Both the position numbers and the translations under genes were made by a program. A stretch of 64,000 bases of DNA from Diplonema japonicum (Eukaryota > Protista > Euglenozoa: Diplonemea), in assembly GCA_964019335.1 (NCBI GenBank), contig OZ025695.1, forward strand, positions 310,001 to 374,000, written 5' to 3'. The notes under the pieces were generated by a model. That model saw only the letters and a program-made list of their open reading frames with translations. It was not told where the DNA came from and did no database searches. How positions within the stretch are numbered: the stretch's first letter is position 1; every line of letters starts with the position of its first letter. Positions 57,702 to 64,000 of this stretch are shown here, one piece after another.

Positions 57702-58457
57702 TTAGTCAACTCGAATGGTTTTCGGCTCCTTGTAGGTGCCGCCGATGTGGTCCCAGAACGAGAAGAAGGGTTGGGAATAGTTAAAGCGCAGCCCTTGCAT
57801 CCTGTGGTGGGAATCGTGGAAGTCCGCGTTATTCTGGAAGAAATACTGGAAAGGGTCCAGCCGCAGGCGGAACCCACAATGATCATCCACGTTCTTGATG
57901 TTGGCAAAGCAGAAGAGCCCACAAGCGACCAAAGGGTGAAGGTCCAACAAAAACATCGCTAGCGCACCAGAAAGAGTATCCAAAAGGAAACCCTCTACAG
58001 GATGGTTAAACTGCGCCGCGTAACAATAAGAAGCATAGATTCTGTGATGCCATGAATGAACATTGTGATAGAGCCACTTATTTACATGCATCCACCTGTG
58101 CATCCAGTACAACCAGGTGTCCATGATCAACATGCCTGCCACTACCTGAGGCAATATGCTTTCCCACCCTGGTAGCTCCCTTGCCACGCAGGATCCGTCC
58201 AGGCTTGTGATCCACATGGATAATGTCATAGCCACGCAATGCTGTGCCATTACCGTCACCACCACCCTTGTTCTTGAAACTTTCTGCTTGCTGGGATCGT
58301 CGTACCCGCCCTTTTGTATCTCAAATTGGTCCAGAAGATTCAGGTACCTACCTGTGCCGAAAATCACACATGTTCCCCAGTAGCAAGCAAAGGGGAGCAC
58401 AATCAACATGTAGTCATAAGCTTGCAACGGGGGGACCGTTGCTTCTACGGAAGTCAT
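57702..58457 (-). CDS. Sphinganine C4-hydroxylase-like (fatty acid hydroxylase/sterol desaturase family)
   Basis: His boxes HRWMH, HSWHH, DDHCG, FHDSHH; NYSQPFFSFWD; SUR2/SBH-like. Confidence 0.9.
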   Translation of the reverse strand: MTSVEATVPPLQAYDYMLIVLPFACYWGTCVIFGTGRYLNLLDQFEIQKGGYDDPSKQKVSRTRVVVTVMAQHCVAMTLSMWITSLDGSCVARELPGWESILPQVVAGMLIMDTWLYWMHRWMHVNKWLYHNVHSWHHRIYASYCYAAQFNHPVEGFLLDTLSGALAMFLLDLHPLVACGLFCFANIKNVDDHCGFRLRLDPFQYFFQNNADFHDSHHRMQGLRFNYSQPFFSFWDHIGGTYKEPKTIRVD

Positions 58458-58828
58458 TTTTTTTTTTTTTTCCCGTCCTTTCCCCTCCTTTTCTCGTGAA
58501 AAGAAAAAGAGCGGTGCTACCAAAGTGAAAACCTATAAAAAATATATGAAAGCACTGCTTTGATGGTGGAGTTGTGAGGGGGGGGGGAAGGTACATTTTT
58601 GAGAACACTCCTCAAATGAAAAAAAAAAGAACAAAAAAAGAGGCGTCTTTTGCTACCTTCGAAAAAAAAAAAGAGAAAAATATCAAGAGTGGAAGGGATC
58701 GGGAGAGAAAAAAGAAAGGAAAAAAAAAAAAAAAAAGAAAAGAAAAAAAGTAGGAAGGAAGGAAAAAATATTGATCAGTTGTTCAAATAAAAGAAAGAAT
58801 AAAAAAATTAAAACTCATTCATCCCCGT

Positions 58829-60518
58829 TTAGACGGTGGCGAAGAGCTTCTTCTCGTAAGAGTGGAGGCCGTGCACGCCACCCTCTGCCTGCGCGGCGTG
58901 AGTCCTGCGCTCACACCTCACGTTACCATTGTACTGTGGGTTTGAATTTCTTTTTTTTTCCCATAATCAATTAAGCTACATACCGAATCCTTGAGGAGGT
59001 CAGGGAAGTTCTTGTACCCAATGTCCTGGATGGCCTGCTGGAGGCCCTTGTACAGGTATGGCACGAACTTGTGGATGGAACCCTTGTCCGCCACAGCCCC
59101 TGACACACCCTGTGCAACCTGAACCTTCTGGTTTTCAGACAGGTACCTCTTCCCGGACTCCTTGCCCTGCTGCATGGCCTCGATACTGCCCATCCCACGG
59201 TACTTCTTGAGCCTCTGCCCGTTGCTGTAGAAGTACTCACCAGGGGCCTCGGAGGTGCCCGCAAGAAGCCCACCGAGCATGCCGCATGATGCACCCAGTG
59301 TCATCGCCTTCGCGATGTGACCCACATTCTTGATACCACCGTCGGCAATGACAGGGATGCCCCTTTCCTTCGTCGCGTACTATGTGTTGTGATTAAAATA
59401 AAGGAAAGACAACATACGTGGGCGGTCTGGTACACGGCGGTGGCCTGGGGCCGCCCGACAGCCATGACCTCCTGGGTGATGCAGATGCTGCCCGCACCCA
59501 TCCCCACGCGGAGCCCGTCGCACCCTGCGTCGATAAGGTTCTTGGCCTGCGCCTTGGTCACAACGTTCCCCGCAATAATGTCCACCTTGGGGTGGGCTGC
59601 CTTGAGGTGGCGGATCATGTCGATCTGGTAGAGGGAGTTCCCCTGCGAGGAGTCGATCACAATCACGTCAACACCTGCCTCGGCGAGGTGGGCTGCACGC
59701 TCCTTGTCGTCAGGGCGGGTACCGATGGCGGCACCGACGAGAAGCTGCTGGCGAGAGTCGAGCGAGGCGAGCGGGAACTCCCTCTTCTTGGTGGAGTCCG
59801 TCCTGGAGCACAGCATGACGAGGCAGTCCTCACTGTTCACAACAGGGAGGTACCCCTTCTTGGAGTCGTGGAGGGACTTCTGCGCCTCTTCAAGTGAGAT
59901 GGGCGACTTGTCGCTGGTCTTCCCGATGACAAGCTTGGAACGGGGCACCATGAGGGTGGAGAGCTTCACGGAGAAGTCAAGAGCAGTGTCGATGTCCTTG
60001 TTGCAGACGAGACCAAGGAGCTTGCCGTTCACCTTGCCGCCCTCGGTGATGGGGATCCCGCAGAAGCCCATCTGATCCTTGATGTCCATCACATCGCCTA
60101 CGGTGGAGTCCGGGGAGAGAACCTTGGGCTCCAGGATGAACCCGTTCCTCCACCTTTTCACGATCGTGATGCACTTAGCCTGCTCCTGCGGCGTCATGTT
60201 GTTGTGGATAATGCCGATCCCACCGTTCAGTGCCATGGCGATCGCCATCTGGTCCTCCGTCACGGTGTCCATGGGCGAGGACACGAACGGGGCCCTCAGT
60301 GTGATGTTCTTGGTGAGCTTTGTGCTCAGGTCGACCTCCTCCACACCGAAGTCGATGTACGACGGCAGCAGCAGGATGTCATCGTAGGTGAGCCCCTGGC
60401 CCTGGCCCATCAGCTCGGCGACCTTCAGCCCATCTCCCTCGAAGTGCCCGGGGAACCCAGGGTTGTCGAGCTTCGCCTTCTTCGCATCCCCAGTAGTGGT
60501 GGCCGATCGCTTAGTCAT
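58829..60518 (-). CDS. IMPDH: Inosine-5'-monophosphate dehydrogenase, three exons
   Basis: [12 protein letters not shown] pair, [25 protein letters not shown]; introns 59380-59417 and 58934-58983; ends [17 protein letters not shown]. Confidence 0.97.
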
Positions 60519-60715
60519 TTTTAGTGTGTTTATTATTCGTTACTGACGTGTGTATGGTGACTAAAAAAAAAAAAAAGAGGGGGTAAAAAAAATGAAGAAT
60601 AAAACGGAGTCCACGATGAGGTAATAAAATAAATAGTAAGACTAATACGGTATAAATGCATAAGGGGCATAAGGGGCATAAGGGGGGAGAGGGGGAGAAT
60701 AAAAACTCAGTAAAT

Positions 60716-61243
60716 TCAAACCCTCCATTTTCTCGCACGGTATGTGGGAGTCAGGGGGGTTCTAGTCGGTGGGAAGGGAGGGGGGTTTCTACGGAGGGAG
60801 GCTGAAGAGGGGCGGCGCAGGGGTCGTTTAGGGTTAGCTTTCCAGCTTTCAATTTTGAAGTGGCGCCAAGTTGTGTTGGGTTCTGAGAGGGGTGCGTTCA
60901 CGCGCAAGGCTTCTGCCCGAGAAGCTTGTCCTTCGCGTTCTCGCCGTAGAAGCAGCATTACCTTGTGACGACGCACCCTCTGCACATGCTCTATCTTGCT
61001 GCCCCACCTCATCTTGAATGCATCTAAGCATGTCACACCCCATTCCTTTCCCAATGTGGTCCAAATCTCGTCTGTTTGCATGATCCCATGCATTTCTTTA
61101 TTGCACATTCCCCAACCTGATACAGCTCCTGGGCCTATCCATAGTACCACTTCTCTCAGCACCTCTTCCGGGAGGTCTTGCAGCTTGCTCTGCGGCTTTC
61201 CAGGCCTTTTTCTACCCGAGGTTTCTCGGGGGGGGAACGGCAT
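60716..61243 (-). CDS. Small F-box protein
   Basis: LQDLPEEVLREVVLWI...GMCNKEM..IMQTDEIW F-box; ATG at 61243 after an A-run. Confidence 0.75.
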   Translation of the reverse strand: MPFPPRETSGRKRPGKPQSKLQDLPEEVLREVVLWIGPGAVSGWGMCNKEMHGIMQTDEIWTTLGKEWGVTCLDAFKMRWGSKIEHVQRVRRHKVMLLLRREREGQASRAEALRVNAPLSEPNTTWRHFKIESWKANPKRPLRRPSSASLRRNPPPFPPTRTPLTPTYRARKWRV

Positions 61244-61439
61244 TTTTTTTTTCTTCTTCTTTTTTTTATTGTTCCTTCCAGCGAGATTCCCTTCGGCGAA
61301 AAGAGAACAACAAAAAAAATTACTGTAAAAGAAAGAAGGGGGGGGGGTTGTAAAAACGTCGAGGCGTTTGTTATAAAAAAGGCGGGTGAATGGTAACATT
61401 CATGTTTATTTCTCCTCTTTTTTTTTTTTTTTTTTTTTT

Positions 61440-62873
61440 TCAAGTCAGCCCAAGAGCCGCACGGTCCCCGTGTTTTGCAACGCACTTTTGTATCCTGTCT
61501 AACACGATTTCGATCCTTTTCTGCAGGCCTCTCATCCTCACAGGCCCGACAACACTCGTAACGATGCCAGGAACACCCCTCTGCTGCAAGGCGTTGCGGA
61601 CACCTGTTTTCGAAAGCCGCAACAAGTTTCTAAAAGTAGTATTCGAGAAGAGACAAAACGAGGATTCCGGCAGAGCGAGAGGGCTGTTCGAGGGAATGGC
61701 GTGCGTGTACAGACTCTTCCCCTGATCGAGCATAACATAAGAAGAAACACCCACATGCGAAGGTGATTCACGGCGACAGGTAGGGTGTAAACAACCACCA
61801 GCAACATTCGTGTTTTTGTGATGGGAACGATCTGTGTTCGCGAGGATCGCATCAAGAATCGCCATGTCGCTTAAACTCTTGAGAATGTACCCCGCGCGAG
61901 GCCGTTCGGGAGGAGGGAAACCTTCATCGCCGTCGAACCATTTCACATACGACGTCGGAAACCACAAATCGGTTTCCATTTGCGGGAAAACATCACCCAT
62001 CCAAAGCTGAACGCTTGCTCCCAACTGCACCTTCCCTGTAATCCTATCAACGAAGATCCCTTTGTTCCTCAGAAGATGACGCGTCACTTCTAAACCGAAT
62101 CTTGTGTTGACCCCTTCAGCCTCGGCAACCCCAAGGCGGACCCAGCTAGTCGGAGGTATCAGATTTATTTCCAAAATCCTGTCTAAATGAAAAGCAACCA
62201 CCTCGCTGTACGGTTCTAAAGGAAAGTCTATTTGCGGGAATTTCAGAACGCCGTAGATACCTGTTTCGTTGCATTTTGCGAGGAGTTTAAACGTGCGACC
62301 GTTTCGTGAGCTTGTGTGGAGGTTCACAAGTGTTACAGAGTTGTTGACAAAGGAGCTTTGCAGGTATGCGATGCAAGCTTGGTCGGAGGTATGGGAGAAG
62401 ACCGTAGATGTTGGATCGCAATGGGTGCCTTTTACCGTTTTGAGGTCAGGGGTGCAGGGGCAGACTGTTTTTTGCGTTGGTTTTTGAGGGGCTTTGCATG
62501 TGTTTGTACTGTGTCGATACACAGTGCACAGTCCCTTCCCGTTCATGTTTGATTTGCCCTTTCCTTCGTCAGTTTTACAATGGTTGCATTTCAACACTTT
62601 CGTGTATGCCGCGCATAGGGACACCTCTGGAAAGCCCTCGTCCACACACTTGCTCAGTCTTGCGTTGCATATCTCGTTGCAGCTTCTTGTTCCTCCTTCC
62701 GTGCCGATACCTATGACTTTATTTGTTCCGTTTGTTACTGGGTTGTGGTAGGGGTTCTTCCATTTGCCATCAAGGTCTTGTCTCGGTCTTTTTAATATCA
62801 GTTTTGTTAGCGACGTCAAAAACAGCAGTACGGAAAGAAGCACGATGGCGTGCACTGCTGTATTCTGTCTCAT
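61440..62873 (-). CDS. FAM20/Four-jointed-family secretory-pathway kinase with N-terminal Cys-rich module
   Basis: Signal anchor; SEVVAFHLDRIL, DMAILDAILANTDRSHH and LDQGKS match FAM20-type motifs. Confidence 0.8.
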   Translation of the reverse strand: MRQNTAVHAIVLLSVLLFLTSLTKLILKRPRQDLDGKWKNPYHNPVTNGTNKVIGIGTEGGTRSCNEICNARLSKCVDEGFPEVSLCAAYTKVLKCNHCKTDEGKGKSNMNGKGLCTVYRHSTNTCKAPQKPTQKTVCPCTPDLKTVKGTHCDPTSTVFSHTSDQACIAYLQSSFVNNSVTLVNLHTSSRNGRTFKLLAKCNETGIYGVLKFPQIDFPLEPYSEVVAFHLDRILEINLIPPTSWVRLGVAEAEGVNTRFGLEVTRHLLRNKGIFVDRITGKVQLGASVQLWMGDVFPQMETDLWFPTSYVKWFDGDEGFPPPERPRAGYILKSLSDMAILDAILANTDRSHHKNTNVAGGCLHPTCRRESPSHVGVSSYVMLDQGKSLYTHAIPSNSPLALPESSFCLFSNTTFRNLLRLSKTGVRNALQQRGVPGIVTSVVGPVRMRGLQKRIEIVLDRIQKCVAKHGDRAALGLT

Positions 62874-62928
62874 GTGCCCCCCATACCTGAGAGATGCTTT
62901 AACAGAGAAATGAGAACGGCGAGGCAAA

Positions 62929-62969
<41 letters not shown>

Positions 62970-63236
62970 GAACAAAGCGGGAAAATAAAAAAAAAAGGAT
63001 TCGCACGTTTTTTTTTTTTTTTTTTTTTCCCCCCTTTGTTGTGTCGCTGTTTCGTTATTAAAGAGATTCCCGTTGTTTTTTTTTGGGGGGGGTGAATGAG
63101 AGAGCCACACAGAGAACGAGTGAACAAACACTGTTCTTTTTTTTTTTTTTTTTTCCTGCTCCCTTTTCCCCCACCCCTTACGTCTATTTTTCTTTTGAAC
63201 AATATTTAAAAAAAAAGTTTTTATTTATTTATTTAA

Positions 63237-64000
63237 CCCCTAAACGCCCGGAGCCTACCTACGGTACCCCCCCATTTTCGTTGTTGCTTTAAATACTCAA
63301 AAAAAGGGCAGCATGCAACCATAGGAAGGTGCAAGGAAAGGGTAAACGGTACTAAAATTTTCAATTCCAGGTGCCAGATTCAGATGAGAACACTTAACTA
63401 TGTGTGTAAGAGGGGGGTTGAAGGTGTACTTTTTATGTCCAATTTTGGGGGGTCCGTGGAGTTATGGCTGGGGTAAATAGGGCAGCATTCAGCCCTATTT
63501 GGTGCCCTGAACTCTAGGATTGAGGTCAGTCTGGAGACTTTTTGGGGCTGTGGGATGAAAAAAGCAACTTGCGAGTTTTTTTTCCAGCTGGGGTAGCATG
63601 CAAGGGTAAAAAACACGTTTTGCATAAGGGGGTTTTGCAACAGGGGCACCACGTTTGCACCTTCTTCCCGTACCAGGAACAGCATAGAGCACCCTCCTCA
63701 CCTTCGTTCCGTTCATCATGGTCTCGGAGGTGTGATTTAGGGTCAAATCGAGACGTTTTGGGCATTTCTGAGTGAGGGAATCCTCATTGCTAGCGTGTTT
63801 GCGCTTGGGGGTCGGTGACGGTGTTGTCGGGGGGTGTGTGCTATCGGTTTTTGGGGCATGGGTGAGAAGCTTGCCAACAAGTTCTTCTTTGAAGCTCGGG
63901 AAGCCATAATTTTTGCCACATTCCCTGCTCTTCTTCCAGATTATGGAGGGGTTGGCAACACAGCTTTCCAGGACCCAATAAAAAACGACCATGGTCCACT
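63237..64000 (-). mobile_element. 3' end of a decayed piggyBac transposon
   Basis: TTAA|CCCC terminus at 63233-63240; transposase tail VFYWVLE..VAN..I.W and, after a frameshift, C..WCPCCKTPLCKTCF..LH cysteine-rich domain. Confidence 0.8.

Noticed and set aside
59301-59417. Apparent frameshift or recoding in IMPDH
   Set aside because: Fully explained by a 38-nt GT-AG intron.
1-64000. Spliced-leader RNA, rRNA or intact tRNA genes
   Set aside because: No recognisable sequence found by eye; a covariance-model scan would be needed to exclude small RNAs.

Overview
Eukaryotic nuclear DNA, most likely from a euglenozoan protist such as a diplonemid (inferred from gene content and architecture, not proven). 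All ~28 credible protein genes lie on the minus strand, as one directional cluster. Spacers are homopolymer-rich (polyA/T, polyG/C) and some are only 70-110 bp. Unlike trypanosomatid clusters, several genes carry tiny (37-68 nt) GT-AG introns with A-rich 3' ends. Recognisable genes include IMPDH, CFAP91, an XRRA1-like LRR protein, a tepsin-like protein, an SK-type K+ channel, a peroxisomal enoyl-CoA isomerase/hydratase, a tandem pair of secreted flavin amino-acid oxidases, a carbohydrate sulfotransferase, a FAM20-type Golgi kinase, a sphingolipid hydroxylase, and calmodulin-like, kelch, C2 and F-box proteins. The larger spacers hold diverse mobile DNA: (i) three palindromic elements sharing a terminal motif, one carrying an FRT/dif-like three-arm site, suggesting non-autonomous tyrosine-recombinase (Crypton-like) elements; (ii) three sense-oriented 3' remnants of a non-LTR retroelement just downstream of genes; (iii) a foldback element; (iv) a GAG...CTC TIR element; (v) a tRNA-like tandem repeat; (vi) a piggyBac end.
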